Source: Carcharhinus amblyrhynchos
Lineage: Eukaryota
Direction of reading: 5' to 3'
DNA: 64,000 nt
NCBI GenBank assembly: GCA_965287045.1
Contig: OZ336876.1
Location: 3,410,001-3,474,000 of the forward strand
Shown here: one piece after another, positions 22,601 through 37,600 of the stretch
Layout: each line of letters begins with the position of its first letter
Position numbering within the stretch: position 1 is the first letter of the stretch
Notes under the pieces: generated by a model
Database searches by the model: none
Told to the model about the DNA's origin: nothing
The model's input: the letters and a program-made list of their open reading frames with translations, nothing else
Translations under genes and position numbers: made by a program

Positions 22601-25600
22601 CTGAAATTAAAGAATATAAGGTCAAATGGGTCTCTCGAGTTTGCACGAAATGCGCTGGGGTCCATAAATGCAGCATTCATTTGAGAAGTGTCTGAGGTTA
22701 ACCAAGGCCCAACTTCACGACGCCCAATTACATGGCAAACACCGCATGAGTGTCCAAAATTATCATCTTCAAGGCAGAATGTAGGAATATGATATGGTAA
22801 AATCTAATGCCAAGAGGAGTGCAACTCCAACAGCATTCAAGAAATTCTACACCATCCCGTAAAAAAAACCCCTGCTTAGTAGCAACCCATCGGCCATCTT
22901 GAAGTTGCATTAACACCATATAGGGGTTCGCAGCGACAGCAGTTTCTATCTTTTGCATGGTGCACTGCGGAGAGTGACCGAATATTCTTCTACAGGACCT
23001 TCTAAAATTCAGAACAGTCTCCACTTGGAAGAACAAAAACGGCAGATGCATGGGAATACACCGGCCTCATGCACCCACCACCCCCACCCCCTGCTCCTGT
23101 TCTAACACCAGGGTCTCATGGACCTATATCGCCATTCATTCATAGTCGCCCTTTCAAAATTCTAGAGCACCCTCCCTAACAGTACAACGTGTGTACCTGT
23201 ACCGGATGCATGACAGTGTTTCAAAAAGGAAGCTCGCCACTACAATCAGACTTTGTGATCGGCAATAATCATCGGCCTAGACCACAAGACCCCGGACAAG
23301 ATTTGTTTTAATAAAAACACGCACAGGCTAAATGTCTTCGGCAAACAAAAACATATAAACCGATTAGTCACATTGGGAAATAAGTGGCAGGTGGATTTTC
23401 AAACTGTTAAATGTGGGGTGATACATTTTCGAAGGAGTCAGTTGCCACAGAAGTTTTCAATGAATCACAAAACACTAGGAAGTGACGAAATATGGGACCT
23501 TGGTGCGTTTGTCCATGAACCTCTGAAAATGGAAGGGCATGTTAGCAGGGTGGTGTAAAATGAATATGGGAAATTTGTCCTTATTTATTGATGAATAGGT
23601 CACAAAAAATGCAGAGGTATGGCTGGAGTTTAATAGGATTTTGGAAAGGCCAGAACTGGAGTAATGCCTACAGTTTTAGTGGTCAGATTATAGGAATGAT
23701 ATGATTACACTGAACGGCGTGGAGAGCAAACTCACCTGCATGTTGCCCGCGATGGAACATTTATGTTATGAAGAGAGGTTGGATAGACTCAGGTTGCTTT
23801 CGTTGGAGTAGACAAGACTCGGAAAGACCAGGTCAATGTGTACAACACTATGAGGAGCATGGACAGGATGTACAGCGAGTTGTTGTTCCCTGAGTTGAAG
23901 TGTTATTCGCGAGGAGACTCAAGTTCAAGGTGAGGAGTAGGGAGTTTAGGAGGGATGTGATGAAAACATTTATTTTACCAAGAGGGTGTTATGGCCTAGA
24001 ATGCACTGGCCGGGAGGGTGGTGGAGGCGCATTGCCACACATCCCTTAAAAGGTACCTAAACCAGCAACATTATAGGACATGGATCAAGTGCTAGCAAAT
24101 GAGGTTAGGTAGGTTAGGTGATACTCACATGCCAATGCAGACTCGATGAGCTGAAGGGCCTTTCCTACGTTGTGTAGGAAAGTAAGAAAGTAGGTCTACA
24201 TCGTAATGTACATGACCCATTTTGATGTTCCCCATCTGTTCAGGGAATATTTCTGAGGAAAACATTTGGAAGTGACCTTCAACATCATGGCAGCAGTTGT
24301 GCAAAATTCATGAATTGAGATGTTTAATGCTGCAAGTGTTCGTTCGAAAGCGCCTGTCTAACCAGTTACTTCGTCAGACTATTAGAACAAGGTCAAGAGC
24401 TGCAGAACAATGCTGCCGCATGTAAGTTCCTCTTCAAATCCAACCATTCACCCACCGGCATTTTATAGCCGTGCATTTTGATTCTCAGAACTCGTTGTCC
24501 ATCGGCACTTTGGGTGCGCTGGAACATGGATTGCATTTAATCAGGAAAGTTTCCTAACTTCACAATCAACAGGTCAATTAGGAACAGGTTGTAAGTATGT
24601 TCCATGAATTAATGATATGAATAATAAGCATTTCAATTTTCACGCTCAAACTATGAGAAAAACGCCTATTAAAAATAATAAAAAATGAACTTTTAAAGGG
24701 AGCCAAACCTCTTTGGATCATGAGTCTGTGCTAACTAATGACAAAGGACTTTTTTTTCACTTTGGAACGCCAGACAAGCTAACCATTTGATCCATTAGGG
24801 GCTGCGATCAATATTTGTAATTAAAGGGCGACGTTGATAACAGTGTAAGCCATGTTGCATTACTTTGATTTTTTTTCAGGTTTAAAATTGCCTTTGGCGG
24901 AATCAACCAAATTAATTTTGGCTATATTTTGTTACGTATGGAAGTTTTGAGCTCATGTAATGATCTCAAATTATTTGCACATTGAATATACTGCCGTTGT
25001 TGAAAATAATTGTCTTCATTTTTGCAAGTGGAACATACATGACTGCAGGCATTCTGCTGCTGTTGAAAACATCACAATATTTTGTTTTCCAATGTGCGGG
25101 CTGGTTGTATGTGTGTTTGTGTGTATGTGTGGGGGAGGGCGGTGGGGGGTGGGGGGGGGCGGGTAAGTGCAGGAGCGTTGCTGGTGAGGAATAATGGTTG
25201 GGCGGGTGGTTTTGGTGGGCGTGTTGTTCATTTGCGGGATAGGTTTTAGTTGGACGATTGCAAAATCTGATGCCCATGTGCTCGCCTTAAGGCCAACTGT
25301 TCAAGCTTCAACTGTGATACGTCCGTCTTTTCATCTGAATATTACTGACCTGTTTCCCTCGTGCAGTGCCGCTGCTGTTACCTGCCAGGGAGAAAAAAAC
25401 AGAAGCATTTTAAACTGGCCGCCTGGGTATGTTGGAGGGGAAGAATAAATTTTCATGGAAAGGGAATGTTTCAAATCTATCCAGCCCTTAAAAAAAATAC
25501 TGGGTTGACAAAAATGTATACTACTCCCCATTGAGGTCAGGGCAAAGTGCATTATGTTGAGGCATGATGTACACCGGGCCAGCATCACTCTTGGTTATTG

Positions 25601-28600
25601 AAATTGTGGCTTGTATTAGACTTAACCGATCATGCATCCACATCATGTGATTATAGGAAGTGTATGTTCCCTCTGTTTGTACCACATGCATCTGTTGTGT
25701 AAATAGAGTCTCAACGTTGTTGTAGATCCAGTGAAGATGCCTCAGTTCTACACAAGTACAACGACTCAATATTTGAACAATAGCACTTAAAGAATTTGTT
25801 TTTTAATTGTCTTGTCCACAATCAGTCAGTGTTAGGGGGATGGGAAAATGAGCTGTAGTCCAAAAGCCAGTGTTGAGTGTCGTGAAGTACTGAGGAAGGT
25901 ATCAAGTCACAGCAGTGTACAGACAGACAGGATGGTGGGTTGAAGTGTATCTACTTCAATGCAAGGAGCATCAGGAATAAGGTAGGTGAAGTTGGAGTGT
26001 GGATTGGTACTTGGGACTATGATGTGACCATTACGGAGACATGGTTAGAACAGGACGGGAAGGGCTGTTGGCAGTTCCGAGGTATAGATGTTTCAGTAAG
26101 AGGAGGGAAGGCGGTAAAATAGTTAGAGGAGGAGCATTGTTAATTAAGGATAGTTTAAGGGCTGCTGAAAGGTTTTTCGAGATCGATCTGTCTACTGAGG
26201 TAATATGGGCTGAAGTTAGAAATAGGAAAGGATCGGTCACATTGTTAGGAATTTTCTATAGGCCTCCAAATAGCAATAGAGATGTGAAAGAGGAAATGGC
26301 AAAGCAAATTATGGATAGGTGTGGAGGTCACAGGGTAAATATCATGGGTAACTTTAACTTTCCAAATATTGATTGGAACCTTTATAGGTCGAATAGTTCG
26401 GTTGGGAAACTTTTCGTACAGTGTGTGCACGAGGGTTTCCTGACAAAATATATGCATAAGCCGACAAGAGGTGGGACCACATTGGACTTGGTACAGGATA
26501 ATGAACCGGGCCAAGTGTTAGATTAATTTGTGGGAGAGCACTTTGGAGATAGTGACCACAAGTGTCCTTCATTATTGCAATGGGGAGTAATAGGGTCACC
26601 TGGCAGGGCAAGGTTTATAATTGATGCAGGGGTAATTATGATGCGATTAGGCAACAATTAGGGAGCACAAAATGGGAACAGTAATTGTCAGGTATGGGCA
26701 CAAACAAAAAGTGGAGCTTTTTCAAGGAACAAATACTGTGTGTCCTTGATAGGTATGTCCCTGTCAGGCAGGGAGGAAATGGCTGAGTGAGGGAACCATT
26801 GTTCACAAAAGAGGTTGAATGTCTTGTCAAGAGGAATGAGGAATCGTATGTAAGGATGAAAAAACAAGGTCCAGTTGAGTCGCTTGAGGGTTACAAGGTA
26901 ACTAGGAATGAGTTAAAAAAACGGCCTTAGGCGAGATTGGAGGGGGCATGAGAAGTCCTTGGCGGGTCGGATAAAGGAAAATGCTAAGGCTTTTTACTCT
27001 TATGTGAGAAATAAAAGAATGACCAGGGTGAAGTTAGGGCCAGTCAAGGATAGTTGTGGGAACTTGTGTCTGGAGTCAGAAGAGATAGGTGATGTGTCGA
27101 ATGAATATTTTTCTTCAGTGTTCAATAAGGAGAGGGGTCATTTTTTTGAGGATGAGCCTGTGATACAGGCTGATAGGATGGAGGAGGTAGACGTTCTGAG
27201 GGAAGATGTATTAGCAATTTTCAAAAACCTGAGGGTTGATAAGTCCCCTGGGACAGGTGGGATACATCCTAGGATTCTTTGGGAGGCAAGGGACGAGATT
27301 GTGGTGACTTTAGCTTTGATCTTCGGATTTTCACTGTCCACGGGGATTGTGCCAGAGGACTGGAGATTGGTGAATGTTGCTTTTCTCTTCAAGAAAGGTA
27401 TTAGGATTGGCCCTGGTAATTATAGGCCAGTTAGTCTTAATTTGGTGGTCGGTAAGTTAACGGAAAGGGTACTGAGGGATAGGATTTATGACCATTTGGA
27501 AAGATGCAGTTTAACCTGGGATAGTCAGCACGGCTTTGTGAGGGGTAAGTCCTGCCTCGCAAATTTGATTGAATTCTTTGAGGAGATAACTAAGTGTGTA
27601 GATGAAGGTAGGGCAGTTGATGCCGTGTACCTGGATTTTAGTGAGGCGTTTGATAAGGTTCCTCATGGTAGGCTCATGAAGAAAGTAAGGAAGTGTGGGA
27701 TAGAAGGAAATTTGGCCGAATGTATAAATAACTGACTGTTTCATCGAAGACGGAAGGTGGTGGTGGAGGAAAATGTTTCAGACTGGAGACCAGTTACCTG
27801 CGGTGTACCATAGGGATCAGTGCTGGGTCCTCTGCTATTTGTGATTTTTATCAGTGAGTTGGAAGAGGGGACTGAAAGGTGGGTTAGTAAATTTGCTGAT
27901 GACACCAAGATTGATGGAGTAGTGGATGAGGTGGAGGGCTCTTATAGGCTGCAAAGAGATATTGGTAGGATGCAGATCTGGGCCGAGAAGTGGCTGGTGG
28001 AGTTTAACCCTGATAAGGGCGAGGCGATTCATTTTGGTAAGACAAACTTGAATGCAGATTACAAGGTCAATGGCAAGATTCTGAGGAATGTGGAGGAACA
28101 GATGGAGTTTGGGGTTCATATCCACAGATGTCTGAAGGTTGTCACTCAAGTGGATAAAGCCATGAAGAACGCTCCTTTTCTGTTAGTGTTTATTAACAGG
28201 GAGTTTAAGTTTAATAGCCGAGGCATTATGCTTCAACTGTACAGAACATTGGTGAGACAATATTTGGAATATTGTGTGCAGTTCTGGTCACCGCACTATA
28301 AGAAGGATGTGGAAGCATTGCAGAGAGTGCAGAGGAGATTTGCCAGGATGTTGCCTGGTTTGGAGGATAGGTCTTATGAGGAAAGGTTAATGGAGCTGGG
28401 GGTTTTCTCTTTGGGGTGGAGGAGGATGGAAGGCAACGTAACAGAGATTTATAAGATGATGAGGGGATAGATAAAGTGAACGTTCAGAGACTATTTCCAA
28501 GGGTGGTTGTAGCTGTTACTAGGGGGCATAACTATAAGGTTCGTGGTGGGATATATAGGAGGCATATCCCAGGTAGATTATTTACTCAAAGACTGATTGG

Positions 28601-31600
28601 CGTGTGGAATGGACTGTGTGCTGTGATAGTGGAGTTGGACACTTTAGGAACGTTCAAGCGGTGATTGGATCGGCACATGGAGCACACCAGAACGACAGGG
28701 ACTGGGATAGTTTGATCTTGGATTTGGACATAGCTCGGCACAACGTCGAAGGCCAAAGAGCCTGTACTGTTCTATGTTCTATGTTATGAAGGCAGACATA
28801 ATGCAGAGTTTCAGGAGGAACACTCCAGCAGACATTTCTATGATACACCTTGACATATGTGTTCTACCCTCAATATATGCATGGAAGTTGCTGTTTTCCA
28901 ATACGGTGCCTTCTTGAATTGCAAATTCAAATTAATTTTCACTTTACCATCTGGACAGAAAACCTGCAGATACCTTTGGGGCACCCAATGTCCACTGCGC
29001 GTTGTTTTACATCTAGAGGACGTGAAATTATTCACTGCACTCCCAATCACTTTGCATAACTGTGAGATTTTTAGCGCAGTCAGCAATGTTCCAATTTTAG
29101 CTTCGTGTTCCTGAATGGACTGCAAATTTATTTTGTGGGAAGCATTCAAACTTGTGGAACTGCAAATATAATCCCACTTAACAGCGGTTGTAAAAAAAAA
29201 TAAGTTACCGGCGCTGCTTGACTTTGTGATCTTGACAACTGCATAAACCAAGCCAGCATCTGATTCTGTCGTATCTAAATAGTTGGATTCAGAGACAAAG
29301 CAAACATAAGGAAGTGGCCTTAACAAGAATCAAGAATCAATATAGTGGGCCCGATTGAGAAACAAAAGGGGAAATGGTTAAGCACATATCTCCTGCATAT
29401 ATAGATACATTGATGTTTACAAATAAAACCAAATATGCAGAGTGATTAGGATAAGTGAATAGGTGACAATAATAAACTATGATGGTACATTGCTATTCAT
29501 TTGTTTAATAGGCATGAGTAAGACATTTCATTCACTTTTATAAACAGTGGTGAACATATTTTTCCACTCTCAGTGACCATGAAGGCAACACCTATAGAAA
29601 TAAAATAATTTCTTCTTGAGCTTTTTTATGCTAATTCATTCTCAGCTTTTTTTAAGGAATTAATATAAAAATCGTTTGCTGCAACAGATGTAATTGAATC
29701 ATCACAAGAAAAAAAAATCTATTCAAACAGACTATGCTCTGGGTCCCCAGAACATATACATGCCTGCAGCTCTGATTGTATTATGTAAAATAGGCTATGT
29801 TTGCTAAATGTACACGTTATTTTCCTGCAACTACATGGATTGAATGATACCTTAAGTATATTATCGTTGCGTTGATTTAATACACCCTCGTTATCCTGAT
29901 TAATTACGCTTAAGCACATCGTAGGCCTGTAAAGCACACAGCAGGGAGACATATTTGCAGTATCTATGACAATGCTACTTGTAAAGAGGTGAAATTACCA
30001 GGAAGTAATAGGGTGCTTCATTATCAATGGTCCCTGCAATACATAACTCTAGTATGACCTGTCAGATGTCGTCTCCTGGAGTCACATGAAAGTCATGTTT
30101 TTCTTTCCCAAGTAGTTGATCACTCGTGTAAGGTATAGCAATGCATATCAAGCAGGAAACAATGAAGGTTTACCTTCTGCAGCAGGAGGCTCATTTACTG
30201 TAGAATAAGTCGGCTGGAATTTTCTTGAATCTAAAGAATTCAAAGAAAAGGGCATTGTTTAATTGAAGATCGAGGTACATAATGAAATATTTAAGTAGAA
30301 GGCATATAAAAATTCAGTACTGGAGGTTATTTATACCTGTGTTTACCAAATTAAAAATCCAATGCCTGATCCGCCTGACGGAATTAATATGTGGGCAATT
30401 CTATATTTAAAGGGACATCATCGATGTGCCTTGGATTATTAGGGCGAGATGGATCTGTATCAAAACATTTTATTCCAAGTGATGTACTCTAAAGACTGGT
30501 TGTATCGCAGTGTCATGCGTTTGGGATTCAAATATCAGGTGTTGGTCAATATTCTGCATTGCTCTTTTCCTTAATGTACTTGCAATGTCCATTTGGAAAG
30601 AGAATCAATAATCTTTAAGTGCTCAAGATATTGATTGTAATAGTTGATTATCAGCGTCCTTTACTGTGACCATGGAGGAGCATCAAGAGAGCCAGTGCAT
30701 ACTAATTTCTCATCAGGTCCAGATCACATAAAAAACGTGATCATAAAACGTGTTTCATAAAAAAACGAAGAATGATGAAATGCAACATTTTTTTGAAAAA
30801 AAAATGAGGAGAGGGACAGAGCAGCAATTTCATCTAAATGTCGGCTACAAAAACTATAGGAAACAAATTCAGCAAGTGCACACTTCATTTCTTTGTAAAT
30901 ATAACCCTACTTGTGACATGAATAAATAAACGTTAAACTTGATGCTTACTGGTATTTCGGCATTTTCTAACAACTGCATATTCAAAGTTGCTGGCCGACG
31001 TTTTCTCGCCACAATATTGATGTATATTTCCAGTTGTATCACTTTGAACGAAAGATATTCGGATATTAGCAAATAATTCATTAATACGCTCAATTGCTAT
31101 GCAGCAGAATGCAGTTGGAGCAGAAAAGAAACTTACGCGAGGGAGATAAAGGAAAGTATAAATAATTCAATGAAGAATACGCATTTGTTCAACACTAATC
31201 CATCGTGGCGCACTACTGTTAGTACCACAATGTTTATTAGCAAGCTATCTTGCTTTTTAAAACACATAGTAGCAACTTCAATCACCTATGAAATAAAAAC
31301 GCGAGAGGTTCCATCAACTCTCTAATCGAAAACCGATGTCCCCCAATTCGCCTCTATATTGCTTTCAAATACTGTCAAACTAATTCTACTATTACTGATG
31401 TACTTCCTGGAGATCACATTCTCAACCTCCTACTTCCGCGTCCTTTGCCCCCTCGACGCGTTTAACAATCTTAAAACGCTTCATTCCTGCTAATATTTAT
31501 CCTGCTGTTCCAAGGACTTCTGCCTCATTTTGTTGAAACATCCTTAAAAATGAAGTCGTTAGTTCCACATAAGATGCCAGTAAACTTCTGCTGTAACCTT

Positions 31601-34600
31601 TTGCGGCATTTAACAGCTCCCGTGATGTGCAAATGCAGAATTAACCATGATAGGCAGCAGTTGCGTACATATTTGCTCATCAAGTTATATCTTGATTGAT
31701 TTGTATTTATATTGAATGCTTGCCCTTATCGGTGAAATGATTTAAGAAGATTAGTAGCCCGACGGGCAGATCATCAGAGCAATGTTTAGGGTTAGCAAAA
31801 CTTCCCTGATAATCGTTTTTTTTCCAAATTGTATGATGCACAATTTACCATCTTTATTTCTTAGTTGCCTCAATATTCACCATTGCGTTCAGCTCCACAT
31901 TGACATCCTTCTTCCTATTCCTGTTTATGCAATCGTTATCTCTATGCGCCTTGCACCCATCTAATCTGTGATCACTCAGTATTTGCTCCTCATATATTGA
32001 AATACATTCGCATTTAATGGATTCCGGATTCACTATTTGATTCGAAAAATAAATTATCCAGGAACTGTTAATTATGCGTTTGCACATCACGGGAGCTGTC
32101 AAATGCCGCAAAAGGTTACAGCAGAAGCTTACTGGCATCTTATGTGGAGCTAGCGACTTCATTTTTAAGGATGTTTGAACAAAATGAGGCAGAAGGCCTT
32201 GGAACAGAAGGTTAAATATTAGCAGGAATGAAAAGTTTTAAGGTTGTTAAACGCCTCGAGGGGGCAAAAGACGAGGAAGTAGGAGATTGAGAATGTCGTC
32301 TCCAGCAAGAACGTCAATAATGGTAGAATTAGTTTGACAGTAGTTTGAACATGAGTGATGATCACTCATCAGGAACACCACTACAGATCTTTCGCCATTA
32401 TGTCTCCGCTGCGCTATTCAGGGGCATTCAAGGTGAATTACTGGATGAATATTTCCAACCTCTGGATTTACCACGCGGACTAGCATGACATTCACCCCTT
32501 TACAAGTTTATGATTTAAACAGCTGGATGACTTACCGTAGTTGTGGGGAATTGTTGGAGGAACTGTCTGCATAAAACAAGAAAAAAAAAGTCAGAAATTG
32601 GGGCAGTGAATACATTTGCTTGACACCTTACAAATGGTTTCTTCATCTGGTAAGTAAATATTAATCTTTTAAAAAAAAATTGAATTGTAGAACAGCTAAA
32701 GTTAAGCATTAAGGAACAGACCGACGACTGTAGGATCCATCAAACATCATGCTGGCATCACTTCAGTGACAAAAAAGCTTTGAATTTAACTGACGAATTA
32801 GCCCCCANNNNNNNNNNNNNNNNNNNNNNNNNNNNNNNNNNNNNNNNNNNNNNNNNNNNNNNNNNNNNNNNNNNNNNNNNNNNNNNNNNNNNNNNNNNNN
32901 NNNNNNNNNNNNNNNNNNNNNNNNNNNNNNNNNNNNNNATCAGGGCAAGACGTTGTGGTTCAAAAATCCGGATAAGCATGAAGTATTGATGGACGCTAAA
33001 GCAGGAATTTTGGTCGGGATACATAATTAAATGTAAGAAATGCACAGTATACATATTGACGTACTGTTTGGGGTAGGCGTGTGTGTGTGTGTTTGTGGGG
33101 GGGCGGCGGCGTGGGGAGGGGCGAGGTGGTTTGCTGGGGTGTGGTGCAAATGGACGAACTGACTATACATATAATCAAAATGCCTCCGGCAAGCAGATTC
33201 TACCCATGATATTGCTTTTATTATTCTTGCTGGCCTTATATGTTGCTAATTAGCATGTAACAGACCATTGAAAGAATATGCACCTCCAATTTCATCAAGC
33301 TATTCAGTTAACTGAAATCCTTTCTGCGTGTGTTTTAATTTATTTACATTGGTCTTAAACCCTATGTCCAGAATTGTACAACACACCCCAGTTGAGTGAG
33401 AGTCATTTTAATTTCATATTATGATTAATCAAAACATACAGAAAATGCCAATTGTTATCTTGAACTGCTAGAGTCAATGACATCTCAAATTTAAGTAATC
33501 CTTCTCTCCATTCCTGCACTCCTTTTAAACCGTACCCTTTTAATTCCGATTACTTCTTCTTGCTTATACTCCCAAGAGGTAACACAGCATGCCAATTTGC
33601 CAACAGTAAATCTGAAAGGCCAAGGCTGCATCCATTACAGTAGCCTGTAAATATCCTGTTTTGTTTTCATCACTGCATACTGAACAGCTCGGAAACATTT
33701 AGGTTAACTGTAATTTGCAAAGAAGAAATTGTTCCGTATACAATCAATATTAACCTTGTCGGTCTGCTTCAAGGAAAGCACTATTCCAATTACCAATTCT
33801 AAGATGATGTGGAACAAAATCCTCAAAATTCAAATATAATCCATGTTCTTTTTTACCCAGCTCCCTGATATAAGCGGATATTTCATTCCAAGCGTTTAAA
33901 TTTGTGGCGATTGGTTAGATTCCCTCTTGTGAAGTTCACCATATTAACTACGCAACCATAATTAATCCCTCAGTTTTCCACACGAAAAGTTAGATAAGTA
34001 TCCCTCCTCCTTAGCAAATAACTGCTCATGGTTTTTTTAATTATTTCAGACTTGAACAAGTTTTTTGGTCATAAATTCCCAGGATTATAATTTAGAAAAA
34101 AAACATTACGAACGACGACAAACTGACTGGTTTGGTTCTGCTGGCTTTACCTGAGCTTTTTCTGCTTTCCGTTTTAAAAGTGTGTAACAATTGGATTTTT
34201 TGAAACCCCTATCACCAGTCCTTCATCTAACAATGACAGAAAGGTTATGTGCAATGGTTCCACCTTTTCCTCCTGTAATCTATAGAGAGCTCATCATTGC
34301 TTCCAACTTTCCCAGTAAATTAACCATATTAAGTAATACTAGGTTTTCATTAGTAGCTGTTTCTGGATTAATTTGTGTCGGGTCAAAGTCCCAACTTCTC
34401 ATCTAGCATTGTGATTAATGATCCATGCATTCTGGAAAAGTATGACATCGATACCCTGACAGGAAAACAAAATCCTTATGTATGATTAATGCAAGTGACA
34501 AATGCACACGTGAACGGTGAACAGTGAATCAATCTGACGATGACTGTAACCATATATTCCTGTCCAGTAGCATTACACGGCAGGAAACGTAAGTTCTCTA

Positions 34601-37600
34601 ACACGCTGAGCGATTGCTATGCAATTTGTCTCCGCTATTTAATTTCGGCTTCAAAAGTAGTCCATGCGAGATTTGTCGGTTGTCGCTCGCCGCTCGCCCT
34701 GATATAAAGTTGCTGAAAGAACGAAAATTCCTAAAATGATCCCTCTACTCTTGATCGCAATTCATGAATGTATCCATTCAATAGTCGGTTGGCAGGACGG
34801 AAGTTGAACGTTGCTGAATTGAAGTAAACGTTGCCTCCATTTTAAACATTGTATTCACCAGGATAAATACAAGAATACCAGATTTCGGAAGATAAGAACA
34901 ATCTGTACGACACAAACCAAGAGTACTCTGGCAAGGCAGTTTCATTCTGTTTGGCCGGCTCATTGCTGGTCAGAACGGACATAGATACATAAATAACAAC
35001 TGGTTCCCTGAAAAGAAATAAATATTTCGAAACCATGCATTTTTTTTTAATTTCGGGCTGTTTTCTCCATCGTGACACTAGTGCCATTCAAACCAAAATT
35101 GTCAACCAATAGGTGCCCTTTATTCCTGTCGTACAAATTATTGAGTCACCTAAATTTGGGATTCGAGTGTTTGTCCGAGTGAGTGCAAAATTGGAAAGCT
35201 CAGGTGAAATGTTTCGCTGCTCAGCAACATTAAAATCATTGAAAGCAAACGGCATGTTGTTCGATCTCACAACTTTGCATTGCTATAGAAAGTCAACCTG
35301 TTAGATATATTGTGCTATCGCTGAACATTGAACGGACTGTTGAGTATGAACCCCGCCTCCACGGCATTGCTCACCTTGATTCGCCTTTCTCCGTTCGTAG
35401 CTTAAGCATGCAAGCAGGGCAATGATAAGAAGGAGTGGAATAACTGATGTGGTGATGGCAGCTGTATGGCTCTGTGCTGGATTTAAATAGGGATATTTGA
35501 TGAACAATATTATACGCCCCAGAAATCATACACTCCATCTGAAATTTAATTACTATGCATTAATGATTCACTCGCTTTCGGCTACAGTTCATCAATATTT
35601 AAATACTAATCCCTGGAGAAGCAAACTGTACAGTCACTTATTGCAAAACCATCGCTTCTGAACAGGTAAACCCCAGATGAAACATATTGTAAAAATCGTG
35701 AGGGGACCACATACCAGGAGCGCGTTAGGGCCAAGTGATATGACAACCCATTTACTAATAAGAGTACGTTGTTTATAAGGAATTCTCTCTCTCTCTCTCT
35801 CTCTTACTCTCTCACGCAGACTCTCTCTCTCTCTCTCAAATCATTGTTAACCAGAGAATGATAGAAATTACACAACAGAGAAGGGAGCCACGATTCCCTC
35901 CGTCTTGCCCGTACCGACTTCAAAACAACCGGGTGCCCTTTCTGATCTCAGTTTCCTGCATATGGCCCATAATCCTGCGAATTACGGCAGTTAAAATGCA
36001 AATCCATGTCCCTATTAAACTATTTGACTAATTAGAGCATCTGCTTCCACCACCAACTGAGGCGGCAACTTCCAGACATCAACAACTCACTTGTTAACAA
36101 AATGTTTCCTCGCGTCCCCTTCAATCCTTCTGCCACGTGGCTTAGATTTCTGATAACTCTGCAAAGAGAGACAGGTTCCGTCTCTTCAGTGTGTCTCTAA
36201 CACATTCACAGTTACTAATACCTCAATCATGTCAATGCTCAGCGCTCTCTTTTCTAAGGAAAACAACTCTCAGCTCTCCAAGGTCTCGGCTTCGCTATGT
36301 TTGTCCTACCGTGGCAACATTCCAGTAATTTGTTTCTAAACTCTGGAGTAACTCATGTAAGGTGGTGACCGGATCTACATGCCATACTCCAGTTGTGATC
36401 TCATGAGTTTCTTATGCAGTTCCGTTCTTACTTTTGTATTCTATACCTTTTGAATGATGACGATCATTCCGTGTGCATTCTTGTTCTTAAATAGAATGCT
36501 CTCCCATGCAAACCATGGAGTATTGAATTCGCTGAATGCAGAGTTTTCTTTGACATGGGGATCAAGGGTGATAGGGGAGGAATAGAAAGGTGAGGTCAGA
36601 AAACAAAAAAATCTGTCTTAAATCTGTTGAATGTCAGTGCAAACTTAAAAGTAGCCAATCTCCAAGCCCTGCTTCTAAATCTGAGGTCTGAGGTTTGCTG
36701 CGTTGTATTCGCGTTGTATCTACTCTATGCTCTCTCTCTCTCTCTCTCCCCACAACTTCTCTGTTAATTCAGATTTTGAAATTTGCTAGGTTATTGCAGA
36801 TGCAGTAATGTCTTACAAAATAAAATCCACATGAGCAATGTTACTCATTCGTGATCAAATATGATTTCCATTTTGAATTGTATGTAAAGGGGATTCATTA
36901 AGCTATGCTTCTGAAAGAAATGTGCACATTACAGTCAAATCGTCCTACTATAATTTCCGGGTACCTGATACTGTGATATCTATATAATTGCTAGTTGTGT
37001 TAAATATCTCTTCATCGGGTCCTCTGTTCATCGCTACACAGAAATATCGCCCTTTGTAGCGTATCTGGAATGAATGAATATTCAGCTGACTCCCGTCTGT
37101 GCTGAAATTATGATGTTCACTGATGTTTTCCAGCTGCTGATGGCCCAGGTACCAAAAGAACTGGGGAAATGTGCCTTCCTTCAACTGGCACTGCATAACG
37201 AGAGGATCTCCCATTGAAATTTCAGTTTTGTTCATGTTAGAATTAAGAACAGCTCCACCCACAGGAACTGAAAGAAAGCAAACAGTTTCGAAGTTAGAGA
37301 AATAAATCACCATCAACATCGGAATGAAAAAGTCATGTTGTGTGTTAAATGACGTTAAATCGTTCGAATTCATTTGAATGCAGCAGAAATGTGCAATTGG
37401 CTTATCAGTCCTGAGAATCGGGCTACTGTTCTGGGGAAGTGGGTCCAGAGCCTTTTTCTTTAATTCACTGAAGAGAATTGGGCATCACTCATTAGGTCAG
37501 AATTTATTACCCATCCCTTGTTACGCTGACAAAGATGGTGTCACTTTTTTATAATCTTACAATAGACGTCAAGATCTGAGTCAAGGTTTGTTTACAGCTC

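Noticed and set aside
26041-28470. RT and endonuclease ORFs as a retron, DGR or active element
   Set aside because: Standard CR1 ORF2 with many stops and frameshifts.
34842-35087. ORF with VIYVSM and EYSW as an extra ITIM exon
   Set aside because: That frame needs a phase-2 entry but the TM exon ends in phase 1; the model closes without it.
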